Assembly: GCF_001194135.2 (NCBI RefSeq)
Contig: NC_068997.1
Span: 1,132,873 to 1,175,716 of the forward strand
Direction: 5' to 3'
Origin: Octopus bimaculoides
Taxonomy: Eukaryota
DNA: 42,844 nt
Shown: positions 22,990 to 34,909 of the stretch, in pieces
Position numbering within the stretch: the first letter of the stretch is position 1
Layout: each line of letters begins with the position of its first letter
Translations under genes and position numbers: made by a program
Notes under the pieces: generated by a model
The model's input: only the letters and a program-made list of their open reading frames with translations
The model's database searches: none
Told to the model about the DNA's origin: nothing

Positions 22990-23207
22990 TAATCCTTTCT
23001 ACTATAGGCACAAGGCCTGATATTTAGGGGAGGGGACTAGTCGATTACATCGACTCCACTACTTGATTGGTACTTAATTTATCGACCCCGAAAGGATGGA
23101 AGACAAAGTCGACCTCGGCGCAATTTGAACTCAGAACGTAAAGACGAGTGAAATATCGCAAAGCATTTTGCCCGACGAGCTAACGATTCTGTCAGCTTGG
23201 CGCCTTA
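22990..23207 (-). mobile_element. SINE family A, full length
   Basis: TACTTAATTTATCGACCCCGAAAGGATG...GTCGACCTCGGCGCAATTTGAACTCAGAACGT...CAGCTTGGCGCCTTA. Confidence 0.92.
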
Positions 23208-23212
23208 ATAAC

Positions 23213-23380
23213 AATCATTTATTTTATAGGCACAAGGCCTAAAATTTTGGGTGGAGGGACGAGTCTATTATATCAGTCCTAGTGCTCTGCAGGTACTTAT
23301 TTTATCGACCCTGAAAGAATGAAAGACAAAGTGGAAGTCAACGACGTAATTTCACTTCAGAATGTAGAGAGTCGGAAATA
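23213..23380 (-). mobile_element. SINE family A, older partial copy in tandem
   Basis: TATAGGCACAAGGCCT...GGTACTTATTTTATCGACCCTGAAAGAATGAAAG. Confidence 0.8.
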
Positions 23381-24196
23381 ATGATATTGATAATAGTGGT
23401 GGTGGTCGTGGTAATGATAATATTAAAGATATTTGTTACTGATCTGTCTGTTATTGTAATCACTGTACTTTCAAAGAAAGAGATAAGCGATTTAAGGTTT
23501 TCATTAAGCTGTAACAATATATTTGTAGTATAAATACCAGCAACAACAATAGCTTTAACTATATCAACAACAGTAGCTACTACTACTACTACAACAAAGG
23601 CTACATGAAAAGACGCCTCAAAAGCAGTGATGTAATCTTCCTTTTCGTAATCTCCCGAAGATTTTGGTATCTATTAATGAAAGTAATAACAAATAAACAT
23701 GTTTTGTGGTATTATCATCATAATTATCATTATCACCATCGTCTTAATGATTAGTATTGTTATTTACAATTTAGTGTTTGTGTTTTCGAAAGTTTGGTGA
23801 GAGATTATCGATGCAGCAGCGGTAGGTTCCCTTCTGTGCCTGCAAGGTATATGCAACTTTGTCTTTTGTTTGTTTTACAAATAATTTGTTGTTTGGCTTT
23901 TGTTTTAGTCTTTTATATTTTCTATTATTGTACTGGAGGTGATGGTTGGTGGTTTAGAATCCACGAAATCACCTCCGCTTCTTTACAGTAGAATACCTAC
24001 TAAAGTTGTTTTATATTTTGCAGAATTATGTAGCTGTGTGAACACACTGAAACTACAGAATAGCAAGAGATGCCTTTAACCAATATATATACATACATAT
24101 ATATATATATATAATATTATTTTGTGTTACTTTACGGGTAAATGTATAGTGTATGCCATATGTGTGATGCAATACACATAGACTTTACAGATTTTC

Positions 24197-24245
24197 TTAC
24201 AGATTTTTGAAGTGTATTCTTTTGTATTTGTCCTTGTGCAGGCAG

Positions 24246-24284
<39 letters not shown>

Positions 24285-24435
24285 NNNNNNNNNNNNNNNN
24301 NNNNNNNNNNNNNNNNNNNNNNNNNNNNNNNNNNNNNNNNNNNNNNNNNNNNNNNNNNNNNNNNNNNNNNNNNNNNNNNNNNNNNNNNNNNNNNNNNNNN
24401 NNNNNNNNNNNNNNNNNNNNNNNNNNNNNNNNNNN

Positions 24436-24493
<58 letters not shown>

Positions 24494-25256
24494 TGTGAGT
24501 GTAAAAGTTCTCCGCACAGTACCTTGAAAGGTATCTTATAATAAACACTGACGAAGACAAACGCGCTAACAACTTGACAAACTGCACAATAAGGATACAA
24601 ATTACAACACCACCACCACCAGCACACTGCCTCCATTGGCAACACTACCACCCACCCACTCACCTCTCCACCAACTCACCTCTCCACCAACTCACCCCTC
24701 CACTAACTCACCTCCTTACCAACGAAAACATCAACATTAATATTAATATCCAATGAAAATAGAATAAATAATTCAAAGAATGGCAAGTTTTTTCAAAATG
24801 TTTTTTTCCTCAAAGAACCAAATGTAAAAATTTCCATTGAAAACAGCAAATAAAACCAGAAATTGTATTTCTGTTCCATCTTCTGCTACTTCCAACTGAC
24901 TAAATATCATGTAGGGCTTTTGTTAAAAGAAAAGGTGGGAGATGCCTGCAATCGACTGAAATTATAAAATGGTTAAGAGAATTCATTTAGAATGCGAAGT
25001 GTGAAATCTGAAATATTTTAGTAATATGAATCTAGAACAGTTTCTAAATATTTGTTTGTATCGTATTGTTTTTCTTTTTTGTTTTTGTAAAATGTCAAAG
25101 AAGGAACCAGATGACGTGAAAAGGGCCAACATATACTTTGATTTGAATTCCAATCTTGCATTTGCCGACACACATATGCGTACATGTATGTGTGGGTAAA
25201 TGCAAAGGCACACACATATACGCACACAGACGTCGATATGTGTGTATATACACACG

Positions 25257-25290
<34 letters not shown>

Positions 25291-25896
25291 TTGGAACTCT
25301 TTTAAATAATATATATATATATATNNNNNNNNNNNNNNNNNNNNNNNNNNNNNNNNNNNNNNNNNNNNNNNNNNNNNNNNNNNNNNNNNNNNNNNNNNNN
25401 NNNNNNNNNNNNNNNNNNNNNNNNNNNNNNNNNNNNNNNNNNNNNNNNNNNNNNNNNNNNNNNNNNNNNNNNNNNNNNNNNNNNNNNNNNNNNNNNNNNN
25501 NNNNNNNNNNNNNNNNNNNNNNNNNNNNNNNNNNNNNNNNNNNNNNNNNNNNNNNNNNNNNNNNNNNNNNNNNNNNNNNNNNNNNNNNNNNNNNNNNNNN
25601 NNNNNNNNNNNNNNNNNNNNNNNNNNNNNNNNNNNNNNNNNNNNNNNNNNNNNNNNNNNNNNNNNNNNNNNNNNNNNNNNNNNNNNNNNNNNNNNNNNNN
25701 NNNNNNNNNNNNNNNNNNNNNNNNNNNNNNNNNNNNNNNNNNNNNNNNNNNNNNNNNNNNNNNNNNNNNNNNNNNNNNNNNNNNNNTATATATTGTGTGT
25801 GTCTGAGTGTGTATGTATCTATGTACGTATGTCTTATATAATACGCACACAGACATATTCTCTCACAAATATACAACCCCTCACACACATTATCTA

Positions 25897-25957
<61 letters not shown>

Positions 25958-26006
25958 CTGCCTTCACAAGGACAAATACAAAAGAATACACTTCAAAAAT
26001 CTGTAA
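24197..26006. repeat. Inverted repeat pair: 52-bp unique arm plus (CA)n/(TG)n, with arms 24197-24284 and 25900-26006
   Basis: 24197-24248 and the reverse complement of 25955-26006 match at 51/52 positions. Confidence 0.9.
24656..24719. repeat. Minisatellite about (CAACTCACCTCTCCAC)x4
   Basis: Four 16-bp units, each with 0-4 substitutions. Confidence 0.85.
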
Positions 26007-26914
26007 ACGTAGAAGAAATAATCCCAAAAAGATGAAAATAACTTAGAAAAATCTAGAAAATATAACGTGGCATTTGCTTTTTTTCTGTAAATCTCAAAAG
26101 TACTTTTTTTCATTTGATGAATCGATTTTTCTCCTCTTTTATTTGTTCTTCTGTCTGTCCCACCCCTACCTCATCCCCTACCTCATTATCATCATCATTA
26201 TCATCATCATTATCATCATCATTATCATGATGATCCAGTTTGTCTCATCTTTCTTTGCTATAGAATATAGTTGTGACACATGAGTGGAAGCGACATAGCG
26301 AATGACATACTTAAAGTTTGACCCTCACCCTCGCCCAATTATGCATTACCATTGGTTAGTTTTTATGTTCTAAAATTAAATGGATCACTGTCGATTTAGA
26401 CGATGAATTGTATTAGCTTGTAAATGGTTGAGTATTTCAGACAGGTGTACCTATTAGGATAATTAAGTAGAATCAGCGTGACAGTGGAAAAATTGGAACG
26501 TTGAATTAATGGGACAATTCATATGATGGGCTTCTACACAGTTTCCTACTTTCCAATTTCACTGACAAAGCTTGGGTCAATCCAAGGCTGTAGAAAAAAT
26601 CCCTTTCCTAAGATGCCAAGCAGTGGGCTTAAAACTGTTGCTTAACAGTCACGTTGCCTCCACAGAGTTGCACCCTACAACTACACACAAGCCTGTAGCT
26701 GAAACACACGTACTAAAACAGGATCGTGAGCCGAATACTCCTTATCACTAAACCACACACCTTCACTTACTGAGACAAATACATACACACACAGAAGTGT
26801 GTGTATGTATGTATGTGTGTGTGTATATGTATACATACATGTATATGTATACACACATGTATATATACACGCACATATATATATGTACACACACACACAA
26901 ATATATATTTATGT

Positions 26915-26945
<31 letters not shown>

Positions 26946-28349
26946 CATACGCATATGTATATGCACACGCACACACACACACACGCACACACAATTAAAA
27001 CTGCATCCTCTCTATCTGAGATTACAATTAAGATTTATTTATTACCAAAATGAATGAAAATTAGGTCTTAGATCCGATAAAATTGCATTCGTGGAACAAT
27101 TCGGTCTAGACAACCATTTAACAGAATTTTAGGCGATTAAAGTACAACAGATTTTGTTCTCTCTAGAATTTGAAGAAAATAAATATTGTGAATGAGTGAT
27201 GACATCAGTCTCGATAAACCATTATTAAAATTATGATTTATTTCATTAGTAAATGCCTCAAATTACGAGGAGGGTTATAATTAAATAGAATTTTTAAAAT
27301 GGATTAAATGATACTGAACTACATAGCTAATACCGTTTTGCTGACTTCATAGAGGAAAGAATGGTAAAATCTTCTTTAACGTAACCAAATACCGAACTCT
27401 TACTGCTTCTTTTCTCTTGACGACCCTTACGCTTAAAAAACAAAAATAGTTCTCAAAATTTTCCATAGACTTCGAATCTGCAGCTAGAACGTTAAATACT
27501 CACTACTCCACAATTTTCTAGTTTTTCAGATAATATACGATAAAAATCTTTTATTCTTACAGTCAAACAGCAATATTCATTATCGAGTTACATGAAGAAG
27601 ACAGAAGTCATTTAAACACCCTGGCACTTTGTCATTGTCAAGTACCATACAACTATGACAGGGGGTTATGGAATCTCACCTCCTTCCTTGATTATCTATT
27701 AGCTGGTTATCTGGTTTACAGAGGGAAAATTCTTTAAAAAAATGTCGCTCACGTTAATTATTAAGTTCTCGGCGTTTGAAACAGACAAATACTGCTCTTC
27801 ATATCTGTACGATTATAACAGCCCTCTAACATTTTATGTGTGCGTATAAATATAAATATATATATTACACACACATACTGAGGCGAGGAACTTGTCAAAT
27901 ATACGTATACTGTCTCCTAGAATAGATTATATTGCGTAAATTGTTGATTTTACCAGAAGGTGCGTGGGACACTTGAATCGACGAAATATTTCAAGTGGAA
28001 AGATAATTAGTTGACAGGTAATATTTGAATTAAAATTTATCGGACAAACTGGCTCCACAAAAGTAAATGTATTTCTAGAGAGCATTATTTAGTATTCAGG
28101 TAGGCAACTTTCTACAATGATATTTCGGGAAAAGTTGTTTTGCAATAAATGCCCAGAAGATCAGTTTTCTAAGATAAACAAACTTTAGTTAATAGGATTT
28201 AATATACATATGTCTTCATGACATATTTATTTCCGTCTATCTTCGCGCCATCTTGATAAGGTTATCACGTATTCGGGCAAAAGATTCGAATTATTATGTG
28301 TGTGTGATTTAATATGCATGCTCAGAAGAATATGCATATTCATAGCTTG

Positions 28350-28509
28350 TCGATTCCATCGATTACAGTACTTAACCAGTACTTATTTTATCGACCCCGA
28401 AAGGATGAAAGGTAGACTCGACCTAGGCAGCATTTGAACTCAGAACGTAAAGACGGACGTTATTCCGCAAAGTATTTTGCCCGGAGCGCTAACGATTCTG
28501 CCAGATCGC
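28350..28509 (-). mobile_element. SINE family A, partial copy
   Basis: TACTTATTTTATCGACCCCGAAAGGATGAAAGG...ATTTGAACTCAGAACGTAAAGACGG...CTAACGATTCTGCCAG. Confidence 0.88.
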
Positions 28510-28665
28510 ACATAAATATAATCTAACTAATACACGCACACACTCGGCTAGAGAACTACATAGTAAACGAATGGAGAGGAATAAAATACAGAGTTCTATG
28601 CGGCCGAAATCCAGGAGATCGAATCAATGAAGATGTTTTATGAGAAGTATATAAACCATAAAATG

Positions 28666-28804
28666 TCAGGTAGTATGAGAGGTGAATATATTTATCTAAC
28701 CACTTGCCGTCCTTATGATTACGATCGTTTATGGCTGTGAAACGGCCGTAATCCTAAGGATGGTAAGTGGTTAAATAATACATTTAACCTTTCATACTTC
28801 CTGA
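28666..28804. repeat. 139-bp imperfect palindrome (MITE-like)
   Basis: Arms of about 65 bp (TCAGGTAGTATGAGAGG...TAACCACTTGCCGTCCTTATGATTACGATCGTTT and AAACGGCCGTAATCCTAAGGATGGTAAGTGGTTA...CCTTTCATACTTCCTGA) around a 9-nt loop ATGGCTGTG. Confidence 0.85.
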
Positions 28805-28818
28805 TTTTTTTACGGGTT

Positions 28819-28892
<74 letters not shown>

Positions 28893-28943
28893 GCACACAC
28901 ATCTATATGCGCGTTTCTTTGTTACGTAGAGTTATAGAAAGAA

Positions 28944-29140
28944 CAATTTAACATTAAACTGAAGAATTACTGTATATTTTGTAGAGTACATACTTATTAT
29001 ACTTTTATAAGAAGCGGGATTACGGTGACTCCAAACTTTCGGTCTGCTAATCTTCGTTGGACAGTCCAAAAAATGACTTGAAGGCTGAAACTTCGAAGTC
29101 ACTGTCACTCTTCTTCTTTTAAAAGTGTAATATATATATT
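28944..29140. mobile_element. Second, decayed copy of the palindromic hammerhead-bearing element
   Basis: Shares CAATTTAACATTAAACT, CTTCGT-GGACAGTC and GCTGAAACTTCGAAGTCACTGTCA with 10028-10191; the catalytic core has decayed to CCAAAAA. Confidence 0.75.
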
Positions 29141-30388
29141 CAGGCATAAACATTGTGATATGCCTTTTAAAGCCCATTTACAGCATTCGGCTACCTGATG
29201 TCATCAACATTATGAAGGTACATGCCACTGGGTTTACTTCATGAATTCCTTTTGTATTTGTAGAATTTATAAAAACGAGAGAAAGAAAAATGGAATTCAC
29301 AAGATTATTCAATAATATCGTTTCGATCCATCCTGGACCGGAACATCGTTAGTGTGATGCTGTACAAACAGTTGTAGTGCATCAAAGGTGCTGACGTGTC
29401 ACTTCAAGTAACTTGTCAAAAGGCACCTCGGTTTTCTATCCGCCATTTCTATAACAGACCATTTTAGTTGTTGTGTGCTGCGCATCGTACGTATTCTAAG
29501 CCAGTATCTTCTAAAAGAAATCATTATTTTGTGGATTTTCTGCATATCTCGACTAAAAAGTCGACCCTATTTATACACAGATAACAGAATATTTACTGAG
29601 TGAATTATTAGCTCTTATATCAATGTTTCAGCAAATAACTGATGCCTTTTATTGTGGAGTGAGAGCAAGGTATCTATGCTACCCATCCAAAAAGGCTCTC
29701 TTTCAGGTTAGTGGTGGTGAATATTTTACACTATTTGTGAGGCTGGAAAATACGTTATTAATACAGACAAGAAATCCCAAGTTATTGGTGGTAACCGTAG
29801 TTCAATCAATTTAGTTTTCTCTTTCTTGTTTTGTTATCCTATGCAAATGTTCCTTGTAACTAGTTCCGCATCGAAGCTATTTTTGTTGATGTGTCGTTAT
29901 AATACGCGAAATACCGTTGAAGGTGATGGAAGCATAGTTTAGGAGTTCTTCTCTCTATCATCTACGAGATTCTTGTGAGTGTATAGAATTTCATAATTTA
30001 GCTGCAACTAGAGATGCTGTTTTGTGTGAGTTTAGTCTTAGTCCAATGTCTAAGTTAACTATTCTTAGAATAATCTTGATATCCAATATTTTTTAAATGT
30101 TCAGCGAGTGCTGATATTTCCGTTTTGTAGCAGCTTTCCATGGAAAATATTAATAATAAGGCACCCACCATTTTAAGCCTGTATGCATCATCTTGACGTA
30201 AGACCAACTTCCTAACGTTCATGACAATATTAAAGTCGGGAGTCACTAGCAGCGATGGGAGCATTGTCTGATTTTTCAAGCTTTCAAGTAGTTTTATCTA
30301 TATTTATCGATAAAACGAATTGGATGAAATTGCAGTGATATATTTCTTTATCTCTCTTTCTCACGTGATATACCAATCATACTCACAC

Positions 30389-30488
<100 letters not shown>

Positions 30489-32272
30489 GCATACACACAC
30501 ACACGCACACACACGCATACACACACCACACTTCTGAATGTGGACTGAAACAGAATTATATGATCCTGAAAGGTTTACTGCATCATTTATACCGGATCTG
30601 AGCTGATAATAAAAGAGGAGAATCTATATCAACACCAACCACAATATCATCGATAACAACATAAAAGAATGTTTATTTCTGATATTATAATCAAACATCT
30701 TTCCTTCACTTAAAAAAATCTCATTCTGTATAAGTAGAAATATTATTTTCTCAAAATATTAATTAATGCATATTCTTATTAAACGAACATAAGCGAAATG
30801 ACACACAAGTCAAAAGCTTTGTCTCTTGATGTTGAAATGACATAAGCAGCATCTTATTATAATTCTGCTTGTCATTACATTACTTAGCCCGTCGGTAACA
30901 CTTTCATGTGATTAGAGAAAGAGGGAAAAAGAAAATAAGGGAGTTAGAAAGAGAAGGAGAAGCGTCCATGACGTGAGGTAGAGAGAATGTAATTGTAACG
31001 CTTTCAAGGGATTAGTTGAAGGGAAAGAGAGGAGAGAGAAAAAGAGGATAAGGCGAAGAGTGAGACAGAAAGAGGGAGAGAGAAAAGACGGCGAGAGAAA
31101 AAGAGCGTCCATGACGTGTGGGAGGGGGAAAATAATGTTTATTATGTGGTTAAAGAAGTTGGTTGAAGGAAATAAAGAGGAGAGTTAGGGATATAATTTT
31201 AGCAGAGGGGTGATGTTCTGATGGTGAGGTTAAAGAAAGGCAGAGAGGGAAAGGGGTTAGAGAGAGGAGGGGGAAGAGGGGGGGAGAAACGGTGGTGGTG
31301 GTGCTTGGATAATGAAAAGTGATATAAATTTTTTCTTATATCACCTGAAACTTAACACATGCACATAAGTGTAATTCCGTGAAATATTCACGCTTAATTG
31401 CATGGCAGATATATGCTATTTAACTAAAGGTTATATAATATGTACGGGATATTTCTTTTGCTTATGGGAAAAATGGAAAAATAAGAGTGAATATTTATTT
31501 CACGAGTGCTGTGTATTAAGTCTATAAAATTGTATATAAAATATATAAAGTGCATTAAGTAATCATCGTATTCCAATTTCCTCCACTTTTCTCATCTGAG
31601 TAGCAGATTAGTGACTATCTTCCCATGAAGGTGCAACACAAGCTATGCTTTCAGGCTTTTTGGATAAAGTTTCCAGGAATAAGCCAATAGGTTTATCATT
31701 AATTCCGTGAAATATTCATGGGCCCTGTTAGTGACTATATAAAATGTTCACTAGCAACATGGTCTTAAGTGTATTAAAAAAACACACTTTAAACGATAAT
31801 GCAAATCTGCCGCGGTCAGTGAAATGATATTCCTTCTGCTGCAAACCTCCCTTGGGATGCAATATGTCCTAAATTTATTTAGTAAGACCTTTATATACGA
31901 GAACTTTTCATTAGTCATTCTCTCTCTCTCTCTTTCTCTTTCTTCGTCCCACGTGTTGTGTGTGTAAAACTCACCTTGCGGAAACATATATTAATACTTT
32001 TACAGTAAAACTGATATATGAAATTTTTTTCAAAAGCATTTTTATATTTTTACTTTCATATATAATATTTGATAAAGATATTAACCTCCATGTTAAAAAA
32101 TAAAACTTATTCTATTCAAACATCATATATATATATATATATGATGNNNNNNNNNNNNNNNNNNNNNNNNNNNNNNNNNNNNNNNNNNNNNNNNNNNNNN
32201 NNNNNNNNNNNNNNNNNNNNNNNNNNNNNNNNNNNNNNNNNNNNNNNNNNNNNNNNNNNNNNNNNNNNNNNN

Positions 32273-32306
<34 letters not shown>

Positions 32307-32740
32307 GCATGCATATTCATACACAGGCACACAGACACACAAGGGGCGTCACCTATTTGAGAACTAATTTCTATTTTATGGAAAACAAAAATATTTATTG
32401 AAAAAATATTATTTCATAGGATTCGGTACATATATTCTTACATACACATACCAAAAGTCTATTCTATAAAACTGCCATCAGCCTCAGCTACTGCCTCAAT
32501 ACGATATATTGAAGGCATTAATGTTTGATCAGATGTCTTCATTCCTGTTGGCTATAATACCTCCAATTGCAGACACCAACGAAACCTTGGTATTGTGGAC
32601 ATGCTTGTTTATCTCCCTCTTAACGACGCCCAGACACAATAGCCAGTTGTGTGTATGTGTGTGTGTGAGTGTTTGTGTGTGTGTGTGTGTGTGTGTTTGT
32701 GTGTTTGTGTGTTTGTGTGTGTGTGTGTTAGTGTGTGTGT

Positions 32741-33683
32741 GATGGTGTTTAAATCAGAAGAGTTAGGAAGCTGCCTTGATTAAACTCAGCACCCCGCCAG
32801 GCTACTTCTTGATTCTGAAAATTTTCGGTTACTTCTGAGTCGTGTAGGTTGTGTGAGAAGAAACACATACAGCTTTCTCCGAGCAACTCTCTCGAACCAG
32901 AGTTTGACAACCATCTCCAATGTCGGCTGTCACATTGGCTCTAAGATTCTTCGAGGAAAATGTGTGGCGGTATGACATGATTCGCATTCCTCACGAACCC
33001 CTACACTATTACAGACAATAGAAACTTAGTGTGCATAACAATGGGGACATCGGTGGAACTGGTGGAAAGACATTTGTCATTTCTCCCTTTCGCTTTTTGA
33101 TCTTGAACAAAGTTCTTATCTGAGAAGAACCAAAGCTTGTGAGGCTCCTCGGAGTGCTTTAGTTCCTTCAATAAGTGCATCGACTGCATTATACGGTTTC
33201 CTGAGACTTATCGGAGAACAGCTGCCCTCTTCTCATTTCATAGGATTTGTAACTGATGTCTTCGTGTACCACACATCATAACATAAGATTTGTAACCTAT
33301 GTCTTACTGTATCACGCGACAAATGACTGGCAATGGCCCTCAGTGATCTATCGAGATTCTCCTTAATGATTGCCTGGATTTGCTGGGCAGACTCTATTTT
33401 TCTAACAATGTCTGACTGTTGAGACTGTTTTTGCCCCGGAAAGCACATTCCCACCAGAGACCAGGAACTATTTTCTGATCTTAAACACGAAGGACTTGGC
33501 GACATTTAAGAAGGTTGCAATTTCAGATTTACTATGGTTGGTGGCTGAGGTGACGAGAACTGCATGCTTTTTCATTATCTGCTTTAGATTCGAAGCTTCG
33601 TGTTAGGGACGAGAAAAGAGATGTTTAACGTTTGAGCCACTTATGGTTCTTAAATAGTGTTCTCAAATAGCTGACACACCCTG
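32741..33683 (-). pseudogene. Decayed maT (DD37D)-type Tc1/mariner transposon, 3'-truncated
   Basis: 5' TIR CAGGGTGTGTCAGC on the minus strand with TA at 33684-85; peptides KLWFFSDKNFVQDQK..RND..L......VPIVMHTKF, LEMVVKLWFERVA..LYVF and LPNSSDLN (WPPNSPDLN-like). Confidence 0.85.
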
Positions 33684-33729
33684 TATATATACTTTTCTTT
33701 AGTTACAAATGTAGACACTAGCAGACATA

Positions 33730-33950
33730 GACACCTTTTCGGGTCTCCTCATCCTGCAGCGGGACATCAAGGATAAAGCAAGTAGAGGGAGAGATCGCTG
33801 CACCAGCAATTGCTGGTACTCGTTTTCAGCCGAGTAGTATGGAGCGATGATAAATGGAGCGCCTTACTCAAAGACATAACGCACCACCCGGTCCAGAATT
33901 CGACTCGCAACCTTACAATTGCGAGATTAACATGCTTAACGCTACGAACC
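33730..33950 (-). mobile_element. Degenerate CORE-type SINE
   Basis: The minus strand reads GAGTCGAATTC (B box) followed by TGCGTTATGTCTTTGAGTAAGG (CORE-like). Confidence 0.55.
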
Positions 33951-33960
33951 TACAGACATA

Positions 33961-33996
<36 letters not shown>

Positions 33997-34043
33997 NNNN
34001 NNNNNNNNNNNNNNNNNNNNNNNNNNNNACACACACACACACA

Positions 34044-34093
<50 letters not shown>

Positions 34094-34909
34094 CGCACAC
34101 ACACACACACGCACACACACAAACACGCACACACACATACACACACACATACACATATACATACACGAGATTGATAAAGAAGTGTACGCGTGAAAGAGAT
34201 ATTAGGAGAATATGAGATGCCGAGACAGTCAGACTACACACGCGTACACATATGTACACATACACATACACACACATATATACACACACACATATATTGT
34301 AATCTGCATTCTGACATTCAACGCTGACCGAGCAGTGGTATGAATATCAATGCCAATCGATAGAAATAGGGTTTTCGATTAGTTTTATATTCGCTAGAAA
34401 CTTGACCCTAAATAATTTATTTGCATTGTGAGCACATGAGCGATATATCAAGAATTGTATGTTAATGGCTGCTGTGATATCGTTTACGTCCAATAAGTGA
34501 CTGTCAAATGTTCCGATAGAAACTCATAGCCATAAGTCTGCTTCCGGATAATTAAACATAAACACTGATTAGAAAGTTTAACAAGGAAAAGCAAATAACG
34601 TGTTTGAAGTATATACAAAATAAGATTCCAGGATACAATCACATGTCCAAAGTTACATAGAGGGAACTAATAAACCATCGTCAGTCCGCAAATTAATATA
34701 TTATAAACACTGCTAAAAAAAAGAGAAGCAATACTCTTTTCAAACAAGATACTTGAATAATGAAATGACTCTCCCTACGTGGCTGCAGTTATGATATTGC
34801 AACGAATACCAGAATAGTACCTGATTTCAGCTTAGTGATTTTTCAACCTCTGAAGACATCAATCACTTCAGTAACAACTACACAAATTTATTTGTGTTGT
34901 CTATCAGGG

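Noticed and set aside
25092-25200. Short ORF MSKKEPDDVKRANIYFDLNSNLAFADTHM as a first coding exon
   Set aside because: The peptide is unrecognised, it runs into a microsatellite, and it has no supporting downstream exon
29850-30279. Minus-strand ORF with LLVTPDFN and a downstream NLVD..REKN, suggestive of an APE endonuclease
   Set aside because: The motif spacing is about twice that expected and the motifs are only partial, so this cannot be supported without an HMM search
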